IMG/VR virus record: IMGVR_UViG_2860841867_000002
Span: 1 to 64,000 of that record
Source of the DNA: an uncultured virus (IMG/VR IMGVR_UViG_2860841867_000002)
Taxonomy: Duplodnaviria > Heunggongvirae > Uroviricota > Caudoviricetes
Length of the DNA stretch: 64,000 nt
Reading direction: 5' to 3' (one strand)
Shown here: positions 46,934-55,498 of the stretch, piece by piece
Layout: every line of letters starts with the position of its first letter
Position numbering within the stretch: position 1 is the first letter of the stretch
Translations under genes and position numbers: made by a program
The notes under the pieces: model-generated
The model's input: only the letters and a program-made list of their open reading frames with translations
What the model was told of the DNA's origin: nothing
Databases searched by the model: none

Positions 46934-47487
46934 TCCTTCGGTTTATCTATTACGCCTACGTGAATCAGCCACGAAAGCCCAATTGCCGCCGCATCGCTTT
47001 CATCGAAGTTTGCAAACTCGCCGGTATATCCGGTCATACGCCGCACCGCCGCCTCAACTTCGTCCTTTTCTGCGTTGCCTGATCCGGCAACCAACGACTT
47101 AACACGCGTTGCTGATATTCCGAGTTGCGGTTGCTTTGCGGTCGGAGTCTTCCAATACTTATCGAACGTTAACCCGAATCGAGACGTTGCTCGTTCGCAC
47201 GCGTTCCACGCCGCCAGAACCGGATAGTTCGAGGTCGACGTTTTGCCTGCGAAGTCCTCCCGCACCACATAATCGAATCCATCCCGCGGGTAGTTTTTAT
47301 CGAGGAACATCAGCGCCCACCCTTCGATAACTTCGGCTCGATGCGCGTGTGACCGGCTAGGGTTTGGCTTGACGTGTGATAGCGCTTTGATCGTTGGCTT
47401 TCGGTTGCGTACCTCGATGATCGCCACGCCTGGGCAGGTCATCGAGGTGTCGAACGCAAGGCACCGGATAGGCTTGGCGCTACTCAT
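46930..47487 (-). CDS. RuvC-like Holliday junction resolvase
   Basis: LAFDTS..CPGVA, VRE, VK...GSGNAEKDEV, DESDA. Confidence 0.85.
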   Translation of the reverse strand: MSSAKPIRCLAFDTSMTCPGVAIIEVRNRKPTIKALSHVKPNPSRSHAHRAEVIEGWALMFLDKNYPRDGFDYVVREDFAGKTSTSNYPVLAAWNACERATSRFGLTFDKYWKTPTAKQPQLGISATRVKSLVAGSGNAEKDEVEAAVRRMTGYTGEFANFDESDAAAIGLSWLIHVGVIDKPKE

Positions 47488-48523
47488 CTGCCCGCACTCT
47501 TTCGATAAATTCGAGCGCATCAACGTACTGCCGTTTCGTAGATTCGTATACGTTCGACCTCAATACTCGCGACACTTTTGCGCGAAGATCCGCCAGTTCT
47601 TCATCCGTCAGCGACTTCGCAATAGCCGTCTTGTATCCGTTAAATGTCCATCCGTTCAGATCCAACGGTAAAGGCGAGCCCTCCTCGACAGACTTGCGGA
47701 TCTCTACGAATCTATCGAATAGCTGCTCGACGTCTTCATCCGTAATTTCGATGCCGAACGCCCGCATATCCGGAGACTTTTCGAACTCTCCTTCCGGATA
47801 CACCCACGATTTCTTAGCCGCGTTCACGTAGAGGATGACGTAAAGGTCGACGCCGTACATCGGACCGTAGGCGACGCATTGCTTGACGTGCTTTTCTTCC
47901 GGCTGCCACATCGAATGGAGGGACGTCTTTGCAGCGGTAGTCTGCTTCGATTTAATCTCGAGGCCGACGCGCAGCACTTCGCCGTCTTCCGTTACGTAGC
48001 GCATGATGCCGTCGCACGTTCCGTAAAGGTTGAACGAGTATCCACGATGTGTGACCGGATGATTCCTTTTCGCGAAATCCTCGAACATCGGCGTTCCGTC
48101 TTCGTTCTTTTCGAAGCTGAACGGACAGGGGCGGCCAGTCTTCTTCTCGAAATGTTTCTCCATGAAGAGAATGTCGCGCTGGATCACGTCACCGATCGCT
48201 GTACCAATTCGAGTCCACCGTCCTTGATACGGAGGCTTTTTCGTTTCGTCCCTCGGAGATCCGATCGCTTTATGGTATAGCTCGCGCGGGCAAGCGTTAG
48301 CAGATGACGGCGAGAAATACGGCTTCTTCGGAAATACTTTCGGAGCATTGGCGTACCATTTATGAATCTGCGCGTCCAGGGCGTTATCCCACGTCTCCGG
48401 CAGCGAGTGCCATTCGTTCAGATATTCGACCAATTCGTCCGCAATCTGCTGCGCGTATGTGGTCGGTTCTTTTATGTGTGCCCGCAGTGAATTTGCGGCT
48501 GATCTTCCGTTTATATTCGTCAA
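47480..48523 (-). CDS. PD-(D/E)xK exonuclease (Cas4/RecB-like fold)
   Basis: FSPSS..CPRELY, GTCDG, LEIKS, Q..AY. Confidence 0.8.
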   Translation of the reverse strand: MTNINGRSAANSLRAHIKEPTTYAQQIADELVEYLNEWHSLPETWDNALDAQIHKWYANAPKVFPKKPYFSPSSANACPRELYHKAIGSPRDETKKPPYQGRWTRIGTAIGDVIQRDILFMEKHFEKKTGRPCPFSFEKNEDGTPMFEDFAKRNHPVTHRGYSFNLYGTCDGIMRYVTEDGEVLRVGLEIKSKQTTAAKTSLHSMWQPEEKHVKQCVAYGPMYGVDLYVILYVNAAKKSWVYPEGEFEKSPDMRAFGIEITDEDVEQLFDRFVEIRKSVEEGSPLPLDLNGWTFNGYKTAIAKSLTDEELADLRAKVSRVLRSNVYESTKRQYVDALEFIERVRADE

Positions 48524-50827
48524 TTAATCGTCTCCCTTCGTTTTAAACCACTCTTCCACGGGAACTCCTTCGCCCCATCTTCGCATCACTTCGATATCTG
48601 TTCCGTTAGGTACAACGTCTCCCCAACGATATGAATTAAGCATGATATCGCGAATGTCTTGCGCTTCCTCCCACGTAAAATCCTCCGGAACTTCGAATAT
48701 CAATTCGTCATGTACCGTTGACCACAGCGCCCAGCCCGGTTTGTTAGCGCAATATTCATGAGCCTTAATCATCGTGACCTTCGTTTGTATAGACGACGAT
48801 CCTTGAACGCGGGCATTTGTCGCCTGCCTCAAAGCACGATTGATCCGCGAGTTATGTTTCCTGGCGTCCTCATATTTCGGATCATTCCATTTTCCATACG
48901 GAATAGGTTTTCGAGGTAATTTAGCGTCCGGAAGCCGTCGTTTTCGCGCCTTTAGATCAGCCCAAACGTATCCGTTTTTTCGCACAAACTCCTCGTTTTC
49001 TTTTAGCCAAGCCGATAACTTCGGCATACTTCCGAATAGCTCACCCTTAAACTTTGTCGCCTCTTTTTTATTAACGCCTAGCATATCCGCAAGAGAATAG
49101 TCACTCATCCCATAAAGTGTCGCTAACCACACGACCTTCATTTGCTTACGCTCCTTAGTGTCTGAGCCATCGGCGTTTTTATAGACTTCCTCGTACGGAC
49201 GCTTATAGAAGTTTGATGCCATCATAGCGTAAGGATCGCGCTCCTCTAAAAACGCGTTTATCAGTACCGGCTCTCCGGATAAATAAGCCACACACCGAAT
49301 CTCCTGCGCTTTAAAGTCGGCACCCAGCAACACTTTTCCGGGAGGAGGGCTAAACATCGGTCGGGCTTCTTGAGGCTGATTCTGTACGTTAAAGCCTTGA
49401 TCTGTTTTATCCTCATCATCCTTGCCGGAGCTGAATCTTCCCGTTACGGTTCCCATCGGATTAAAGCGCGAATGCCAACGCTTAGTTGTCGGATTTTGCT
49501 TCAATGGCAGAGTTTCAATGTAGGTACCGGAGAGCTTCGTAATTTTCTTGTACTCCAACAACTTTGCAATGACTTCGTGGTCGCCTTTTAGCGGCTTTAA
49601 TGTTTTCTTTGCGTCCATGTTCGGAAGCTCTTTGCCGATCGCCTTCGAAAGTGCAGGGCGCATCTGTTGGGTTGAGTTTAGATTTAACGGACCATCGCCT
49701 TCATGGAACGGAGTCAGCTCCGTAACTAATTCCGACCGCAACTCTTCCGCACGCTTATGCAGTTTTTCTCCGTATTCCTTTGCGAAATCCAAGTCGAGGA
49801 TATATCCGTTAGCCTCTAAATCGACAATTACATATAGCAACGGAATCTCAACGGTTTGGTAATACTCCAAAATCGTAGGCATTTTTTCCATGTGTTGACG
49901 TTGAAATTTGTACAGCTTCCACGTTAATTCCGTATCTTTAGCTGCGTAAACTAGCGCGATGTCTAATGGCACTTCTTTGAATTGCGCGTCCCGACCAAAC
50001 AATGCGTCGAACGTATCTGCCGGCGTTTTTAGATATTTTGGCGCCAAGTCTTTTAATTTAAATGAACCGGCACCACCCAATGTGCGATCACCTTCGTTTT
50101 CATTTAACATGTGCATCGCGGTCATCGTATCCCAAACGACGCCTTTCAGATCGAATCCATGTCGGCGGACCATCGCAATATCGAATATCGCGTTGTGCAG
50201 GACTTTTCCGATCGACTCATCGTTAAATACCGGCGCCAATCCTTCAAGCACGTATTCGCGACTCAGTTGCTCGCAATCTACGTGATCAACCGGTATATAA
50301 ACGTGCCAGTCAGCGCTCGGAAGCGTGAGCGAAAGCCCGACGATAGCATCCGTATATACATCAACGCCGGTCGTTTCGGTATCCACTGCGATAATTTCTT
50401 CGCTACTTAACGCCTCAATTAAAGCCTGGAATCGGGCTTCAGTCGTAATTAATTCGTAGTTTTCCGGTGTATTCTCGACCATCTTCCGCAAAGTTTCTTC
50501 GCGCTGGGATTCTTGAAGCGTCTTCCATAATCGCATGGCCTCCGCCTTGCTGAACGCCTTCGGGTTGCCGGCCTTGTTCACGCAGTCAGACGGATTCCTT
50601 GCGAGCTTGCCCGCTTCCATTGCCGCCTTGACTTCGTTTAAGCGTTGGCGGTCAGTTTCCGATAGCTTGCTCGCGAATATGCGGCGCCAGCTTTCCTCGA
50701 TCGGTTCGGCCTTTCTCGCCTTCTGCTTCCGCTTAGCTGTTTCAGCAACTTTTTCGTTCTTAACTTCGTCATTTTTAGGCGCCAAAGCGCTAAGATTCAA
50801 CCGCAGATTTTCGAGTTCCATTCGCAC
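48524..50827 (-). CDS. Family A DNA polymerase with 3'-5' exonuclease
   Basis: DTETTG, HNAIFD, YAAKD, TGRFSS, DFKAQEIR, LYG, VHDE. Confidence 0.96.
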   Translation of the reverse strand: MRMELENLRLNLSALAPKNDEVKNEKVAETAKRKQKARKAEPIEESWRRIFASKLSETDRQRLNEVKAAMEAGKLARNPSDCVNKAGNPKAFSKAEAMRLWKTLQESQREETLRKMVENTPENYELITTEARFQALIEALSSEEIIAVDTETTGVDVYTDAIVGLSLTLPSADWHVYIPVDHVDCEQLSREYVLEGLAPVFNDESIGKVLHNAIFDIAMVRRHGFDLKGVVWDTMTAMHMLNENEGDRTLGGAGSFKLKDLAPKYLKTPADTFDALFGRDAQFKEVPLDIALVYAAKDTELTWKLYKFQRQHMEKMPTILEYYQTVEIPLLYVIVDLEANGYILDLDFAKEYGEKLHKRAEELRSELVTELTPFHEGDGPLNLNSTQQMRPALSKAIGKELPNMDAKKTLKPLKGDHEVIAKLLEYKKITKLSGTYIETLPLKQNPTTKRWHSRFNPMGTVTGRFSSGKDDEDKTDQGFNVQNQPQEARPMFSPPPGKVLLGADFKAQEIRCVAYLSGEPVLINAFLEERDPYAMMASNFYKRPYEEVYKNADGSDTKERKQMKVVWLATLYGMSDYSLADMLGVNKKEATKFKGELFGSMPKLSAWLKENEEFVRKNGYVWADLKARKRRLPDAKLPRKPIPYGKWNDPKYEDARKHNSRINRALRQATNARVQGSSSIQTKVTMIKAHEYCANKPGWALWSTVHDELIFEVPEDFTWEEAQDIRDIMLNSYRWGDVVPNGTDIEVMRRWGEGVPVEEWFKTKGDD

Positions 50828-50854
50828 CCTCCTTTCTCGCGTGATGGGTTCGGT

Positions 50855-51007
50855 CTACTCCGAGATAAAATTTACGGCACCGAAAAATAACGCCATAGAT
50901 ACGTATAATCCAGCGAATAGCCATTCCGAATTGTATATAGCGATTACGGACAATGCAGAATTATAGATACCGAAGACATAAGCGAATGCCCTATTCGACC
51001 TGCTCAT
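50855..51007 (-). CDS. Small membrane protein (50 aa)
   Basis: MSRSNRAFAYVFG...; GGAGG RBS, ATGA overlap. Confidence 0.6.
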   Translation of the reverse strand: MSRSNRAFAYVFGIYNSALSVIAIYNSEWLFAGLYVSMALFFGAVNFISE

Positions 51008-51183
51008 AAATCGACCTCCTCCGTCCATTTCCGCTTGTATTCCACCTCATTGTCCGCATACCAATCCGACCAGCAAGCGTTGTCGCAAAAGTACCGGTCG
51101 AAGAGCGAATCGTATGTTGCGGATCGCCCTTCGTTCATTACCCGGCTACATGCGGCGCAGATGGCGGCAGGTTTTGCGTCCAC
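51004..51183 (-). CDS. Small Cys-rich (zinc-finger-like) protein (59 aa)
   Basis: CAAC...FCDNAC; abuts the upstream stop. Confidence 0.7.
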   Translation of the reverse strand: MDAKPAAICAACSRVMNEGRSATYDSLFDRYFCDNACWSDWYADNEVEYKRKWTEEVDL

Positions 51184-52233
51184 TTACTCGTCGCCCTTTC
51201 GATCGAAACGCGCTTCGACTGGCGCTATTAGTTCGATGCTTGACTGATTTTCTGTGCAATTTCCGTGGTTCTGTGTAGCGACTTTTACTCGACCGTCCTC
51301 GCCGACAGCCAAAACCTCGCAAATTTCCCCATCATATAAATACTGAACCATATCACCGGCCTTATACTCGCCCACCTCGCGTCCGATTGCGGCCCATTTC
51401 TTACGCTCGGCGGCTGCGCGTTTTGCTTCGGCAACTTCTTCGTCAGTGGCGCGGACGAGTTCATCTTCGTAAAAAATTCCGGCTTCGTTTCCGTTTAATT
51501 TTTCGCAATGGAAAGGTGCGAAATCTTTGTCGTCTCTTTTTACTAGTACGATTTCATCAATTTCCGCATAATGACCGCTTTCGTTCCTGACCACCTTCGC
51601 ATAATCACCGACTTTCAGGCGTTCAGGCTTCGGCTCGGCGGCGCTGACTTTGCGGTAGACTTCGAAATCATCGGCACAGTAAGTGTCAAAACCGTCACCG
51701 TCGTCATCCCGGATTTGAGGATCTCCGCAACCATCTACGCGATAGATTTCGTAATACTTACCTGCGGTTAGAAATTCGTTTGGAGCTTCGTCAAACTTAA
51801 CGAAATCGCCCGCCTTCGCCTCGCTCTTGTCAATCCGTACGTATTCCGTCTTGGCTTCGCCTTTTAGCGCAGCAACGTCGGATTTTAGGGATTCGATATC
51901 CTTTTCGTTTGTGCTGACGCGATCTTCTAATGACGGTTGAGATGCGGAGACTTTGCGGAAGAGTATGCTATCCCCGTCTGTTACGGCGTTTCCGTGAAAG
52001 TCGTCTATTTCATCTCGGACAGATAACCGCGAAGTACCCTCGTCGCGTACTAGTAGGTAAAATCCGCCTAATTTAAGATCCGGATGCCTATGTCCGTTAA
52101 GTACCAAATCTCCGGATTTTCCGACACTTCTCGGAGTTCCTTCCACACGCTCATACTCCGCACCGTTATACGCAACCTTCGTAATTTCACCGTTCACCAT
52201 ATCGAGAGTTTTAACGCCAGTAAGTTTCGACAT
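51184..52233 (-). CDS. Modular hypothetical protein with SH3/KOW-like repeats
   Basis: KSGDLV, AKAGDFV, LKVGDYA, YKAGDMV repeats. Confidence 0.75.
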   Translation of the reverse strand: MSKLTGVKTLDMVNGEITKVAYNGAEYERVEGTPRSVGKSGDLVLNGHRHPDLKLGGFYLLVRDEGTSRLSVRDEIDDFHGNAVTDGDSILFRKVSASQPSLEDRVSTNEKDIESLKSDVAALKGEAKTEYVRIDKSEAKAGDFVKFDEAPNEFLTAGKYYEIYRVDGCGDPQIRDDDGDGFDTYCADDFEVYRKVSAAEPKPERLKVGDYAKVVRNESGHYAEIDEIVLVKRDDKDFAPFHCEKLNGNEAGIFYEDELVRATDEEVAEAKRAAAERKKWAAIGREVGEYKAGDMVQYLYDGEICEVLAVGEDGRVKVATQNHGNCTENQSSIELIAPVEARFDRKGDE

Positions 52234-52273
52234 CGAATCGTCCTCCTTTTATTGACCGTCCGACCCGGTAAGG

Positions 52274-52705
52274 TCAAACCGCCTCCGCTTCGTTATTTTC
52301 CACAAAATCTTCCCGCATGAAATTCAGATCCATTTCGACCCAGCGCTTGCCTTCCTTTACTGACGGCCCCCAATAGTCGGTAATGCCGCGATTATCGAAC
52401 ATCCAAACGCGAGGGAATTTTCCCTCACCGATCAGCACGCCGATGAAGAAGTCGACGTCGTCCGTCGTATAAGGCTGACCGTCTCCTTTGCGCCCTTCTA
52501 CCGTTAAATAGCCGCGGTCTTCCCGACGATCACGAATCGTCTTAACCTGGAACGTCTTCCATTCGCCAGTGCCCGGATCTCTTGCGCTGATATCGAAGGA
52601 TTCTTCCGTCTCCGCTTTTGATACCGCCTGCCACCCGCTGGCTAATAAAGCCGCGCGGGCGATCAGTTCGGAATATTTGCCGATAGTTTCCTTGAGATGC
52701 GCCAT
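52274..52705 (-). CDS. PD-(D/E)xK endonuclease-like protein
   Basis: GKYSE, FDI, FQVKT, Y...DVDFF. Confidence 0.7.
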   Translation of the reverse strand: MAHLKETIGKYSELIARAALLASGWQAVSKAETEESFDISARDPGTGEWKTFQVKTIRDRREDRGYLTVEGRKGDGQPYTTDDVDFFIGVLIGEGKFPRVWMFDNRGITDYWGPSVKEGKRWVEMDLNFMREDFVENNEAEAV

Positions 52706-52727
52706 TCAATCGTCCCCCCTCGTTTTA

Positions 52728-53483
52728 TTAAAACGGCAGATCATCGTCACTGATTTCGTTAGATTTTTCGTTATTAGATTCCGCTAATGGAGGCAGAACG
52801 GCTTTCTTGACGCCCTCTTTCGCTTCGTGAAGAATCTTAACGATGTCTTCTTCATCGCGGAAGTTAGCGAGTTCTTCGTATTTGTAGTCGATGCCGATAA
52901 ACGCTTTTGCTTCTTCAAGAACATCGCCAGGTAGATCTCCAGTTTCTAACGAATAAGTCTTGTCGGACTGCTTAAAATGCACCGCTTGACCTACGAGTGT
53001 ATAATCCGACTTGATTTTCTTGACCGGCTTCTCCGCTTTATCAAAATCATCCATTAAACTGTTTGCGTGGAATTCCGCAATGTCTATAACGCGATAAGTT
53101 TTGTATGTCGGATCGTACACCGGTATCATAAAGAACATTTTTCGTTTTGCTCCCGCTTTGCACGAAATGCACTCATTTTTTCCTGGCTGGAAGTATTTTT
53201 TTAACTCGTCAACGCTGACGGTACTACGAGGGGAGTGCAAGCACGTATGCTTTCGGAATTTATGATCGTAGCCCTTTCCGGTGTATTCTCTGTTTTCATG
53301 TACGAAATAGACGTACCACTCATCGTACGGCGCAAGCATAACCAACGTACGTCCTTCTTTGTTGATCTCCCCGCGACTTCCGACGCGGACATAACGCGTA
53401 ACGCCCTCCGGGAATTCGCTTTCGCCGTTAGCCGCCTTATCACGTTCTTCTTCGCGCTCTTTCAAAATGTCTCTAATGCTCAT
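52728..53483 (-). CDS. Probable single-stranded DNA-binding protein (gp32-like)
   Basis: H/C zinc-like ligands (HTC...CISC), acidic DDDLPF C-terminus, near DNA polymerase. Confidence 0.7.
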   Translation of the reverse strand: MSIRDILKEREEERDKAANGESEFPEGVTRYVRVGSRGEINKEGRTLVMLAPYDEWYVYFVHENREYTGKGYDHKFRKHTCLHSPRSTVSVDELKKYFQPGKNECISCKAGAKRKMFFMIPVYDPTYKTYRVIDIAEFHANSLMDDFDKAEKPVKKIKSDYTLVGQAVHFKQSDKTYSLETGDLPGDVLEEAKAFIGIDYKYEELANFRDEEDIVKILHEAKEGVKKAVLPPLAESNNEKSNEISDDDLPF

Positions 53484-53642
53484 TCGATTTCCCCCTACGT
53501 TTTAATTTTGAGGCTTTTCGCCCTCGCAAAATGCCGGTATCTGCGTCCGAAACGCCGCCAGCGCTAAGCCGTAGCGACGCGACTCTGTTACTTAACGGCC
53601 ACCCCGACATTCTCCGAGCGCCGGGCCGCATATCCGCCGCCC

Positions 53643-53738
53643 TCATTCGCCTTCTTCGCGATTAACTTCGTAAATAAGTCTGCAAATACAAAGCGCTGCA
53701 ATCACCGCAAATATTTCGAATAGCCATGCGTTAGACAT
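53643..53738 (-). CDS. Small hydrophobic peptide (31 aa)
   Basis: MSNAWLFEIFAVIAALCICRLIYEVNREEGE; GAGGAG RBS. Confidence 0.5.
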   Translation of the reverse strand: MSNAWLFEIFAVIAALCICRLIYEVNREEGE

Positions 53739-54255
53739 AGGCAGCGACTCCTCTCGCTGTACGCGTCAGTTCGCGTCTTAATTCGTGCGATTCCGCCGGC
53801 AATTCGTCAATACGCATACGAACCGCATTAATTCGAGATTGCAACGCCAATTTCGTCGGTAATGACCGGGCGCGCGACAAACGGTCTTCTAAATGTGCGA
53901 TCTCTTCTTCGAGTTCATCGCGAAACTTATCGATCCTAGCCACCTCTTCCGTAATTTGTTGCGACATTTTCGTAATTTCTTCCGTAATGAAATTCGTCAC
54001 TTTACGCCGAATACGATTGATGCATCCTTTATTCGGTGGGATCACGGTTTTAACAACGTCTACATCTACCGCAAGCATGAACGTTGCTCCACGATGGGAA
54101 TACATCCGAGCATCTTTTCCGTTGTTGTCCGGACCGATGCCGCAGTAAATCGCATTAGATAACATCTGCGACGCCCATGCTTCCGGCGTTTGGTTGCCGA
54201 TCTTAAAGCGCTTGGTAATTCGTTTCTTTGCGTGGTGAGATAGCGTGACTTTCAT
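53731..54255 (-). CDS. Hypothetical protein (HAKKR motif plus coiled coil)
   Basis: MKVTLSHHAKKRITKRF; ATGA-coupled start at 54255. Confidence 0.7.
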   Translation of the reverse strand: MKVTLSHHAKKRITKRFKIGNQTPEAWASQMLSNAIYCGIGPDNNGKDARMYSHRGATFMLAVDVDVVKTVIPPNKGCINRIRRKVTNFITEEITKMSQQITEEVARIDKFRDELEEEIAHLEDRLSRARSLPTKLALQSRINAVRMRIDELPAESHELRRELTRTARGVAAYV

Positions 54256-54404
54256 CCGACCCGCACCGCCTGTATCGAAAGTGGACGGTAGTAGTCCGCC
54301 GGATCTTCGTCGACCGGCCATGCGCCTTGATATAAAATTTCGGTAAGTTTGCGCTGATCTAGCGCTGGATACGTATTGGAATCGGTAATTTTGGGGATAT
54401 TCAT
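54252..54404 (-). CDS. Small hypothetical protein (50 aa)
   Basis: MNIPKITDSN...QAVRVG; GGAGG RBS; not in track. Confidence 0.7.
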   Translation of the reverse strand: MNIPKITDSNTYPALDQRKLTEILYQGAWPVDEDPADYYRPLSIQAVRVG

Positions 54405-54540
54405 AGTACGTTCGCCTCCATATTATTTAGGTAAAACGCACTAGATCGGAAGGTGTGTTCGCATTCTGTTCGCTTGTCTTTTGACAACAGATTGTATATG
54501 ATGAGGGTGTAGCGATGCCTTCCGGGCTAGTTACGCTAAG

Positions 54541-55155
54541 TTATTTCGCAAACAAATAGTCTCGGTAATCACCGAACTGTTGAGTATCGAAGTAGCCTGC
54601 CAGCTTTTCGAGTTTGCGAATGACTGTCATGTGATGGACGCCTAACTTCTTACCGATTGCCGTCGGCGTTGGGCGTTCACACGCTAGGAACGTCTCAACA
54701 ATTACTTTTGTTGTTTCGTCCGATTTTTCAACCAAATTGTCGATCAGTTGCCGCTGATCGGCTCTTTTTTTTCTGAAAAATAAATTCTCTGGTGTATCTT
54801 CTGCGACGACTCTCAGCGTTGCCGCGCCTTCATCGCCATTCGAAGATAACCCACACTCTAACACTTCATTCTGATGCCTTTTCTTTTTATTCCTATAAAG
54901 ATTCGCTCGTTTATTTTTTAGACTGAACTTAAAATAGTTTTCGAAGTCATGTTCACCGGAATAAGAAGCAACACAATTCATAAGGACATCCTCGTATAAT
55001 GCTAACACCTCCGGAACGCTAGCCCTCAACGATCGCGCCACCTCTTCAAATGTCGATCGCATCGGAGTGATGGTTAGGTCATAAATCTCTGTGAAGGAAT
55101 TATTACTTCTTGTCTTTTGATAATTCAATACCAGGCTATTCAGTTTTTCTTTCAA
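54541..55155 (-). CDS. Sigma-70-family RNA polymerase sigma factor
   Basis: Region 2-like (FTEIY...DFENYF) and region 4 HTH (TAIGKKLGVHHMTVIRKL). Confidence 0.75.
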   Translation of the reverse strand: MKEKLNSLVLNYQKTRSNNSFTEIYDLTITPMRSTFEEVARSLRASVPEVLALYEDVLMNCVASYSGEHDFENYFKFSLKNKRANLYRNKKKRHQNEVLECGLSSNGDEGAATLRVVAEDTPENLFFRKKRADQRQLIDNLVEKSDETTKVIVETFLACERPTPTAIGKKLGVHHMTVIRKLEKLAGYFDTQQFGDYRDYLFAK

Positions 55156-55334
55156 AAACTTTCACCCTCCTTTTTTCACTTAATAATACCCGCGACATTT
55201 TAAAGCCGCACATAATTTCTTAATTTTTTTCTAAGTTTTTCTTCTGTAAAGAAATAATAACATGTAATTTGGATAATTCTTCTCTATCACACTATGTTTC
55301 CGAAAAATAATTTAATGTAATGAATATTCGCAAA

Positions 55335-55363
55335 TAAAAGAAAATCCCGTCGAATGACGGGCT
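55335..55363 (-). terminator. Intrinsic terminator after aimP
   Basis: CCCGTC-attc-GACGGG followed by ATTTTCTTTTATTT on the minus strand. Confidence 0.8.
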
Positions 55364-55375
55364 AAAAAAGAAAAA

Positions 55376-55498
55376 TCAACCACCTGGGACTGGGTCTGCT
55401 AACTGTGTTGTATTATCTTCTGTCACATTATTAATTAACGAACTTCCCGCTAGCAGAACCACCGCTGTAAATAAAACTGCCAATAAAATCTTTTTCAA
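55376..55498 (-). CDS. aimP: Arbitrium signalling pro-peptide AimP (40 aa)
   Basis: MKKILLAVLFTAVVLLAGSSLINNVTEDNTTQLADPVPGG; signal peptide plus short C-terminal peptide; GGGAGAGGA RBS; overlaps the aimR 3' end; not in track. Confidence 0.88.
   Translation of the reverse strand: MKKILLAVLFTAVVLLAGSSLINNVTEDNTTQLADPVPGG

Noticed and set aside
47480..48523. Cas4-like nuclease as a sign of CRISPR
   Set aside because: No repeat-spacer array or other cas genes seen; context is phage replication and recombination
54448..54473. Possible second LexA box (GAAC-containing repeats)
   Set aside because: No intact GAAC-N4-GTTC; best match has a core mismatch
55259..55298. AACAT-N30-ATGTT as an AimR box
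   Set aside because: Only 5-bp arms in AT-rich DNA; could easily be chance
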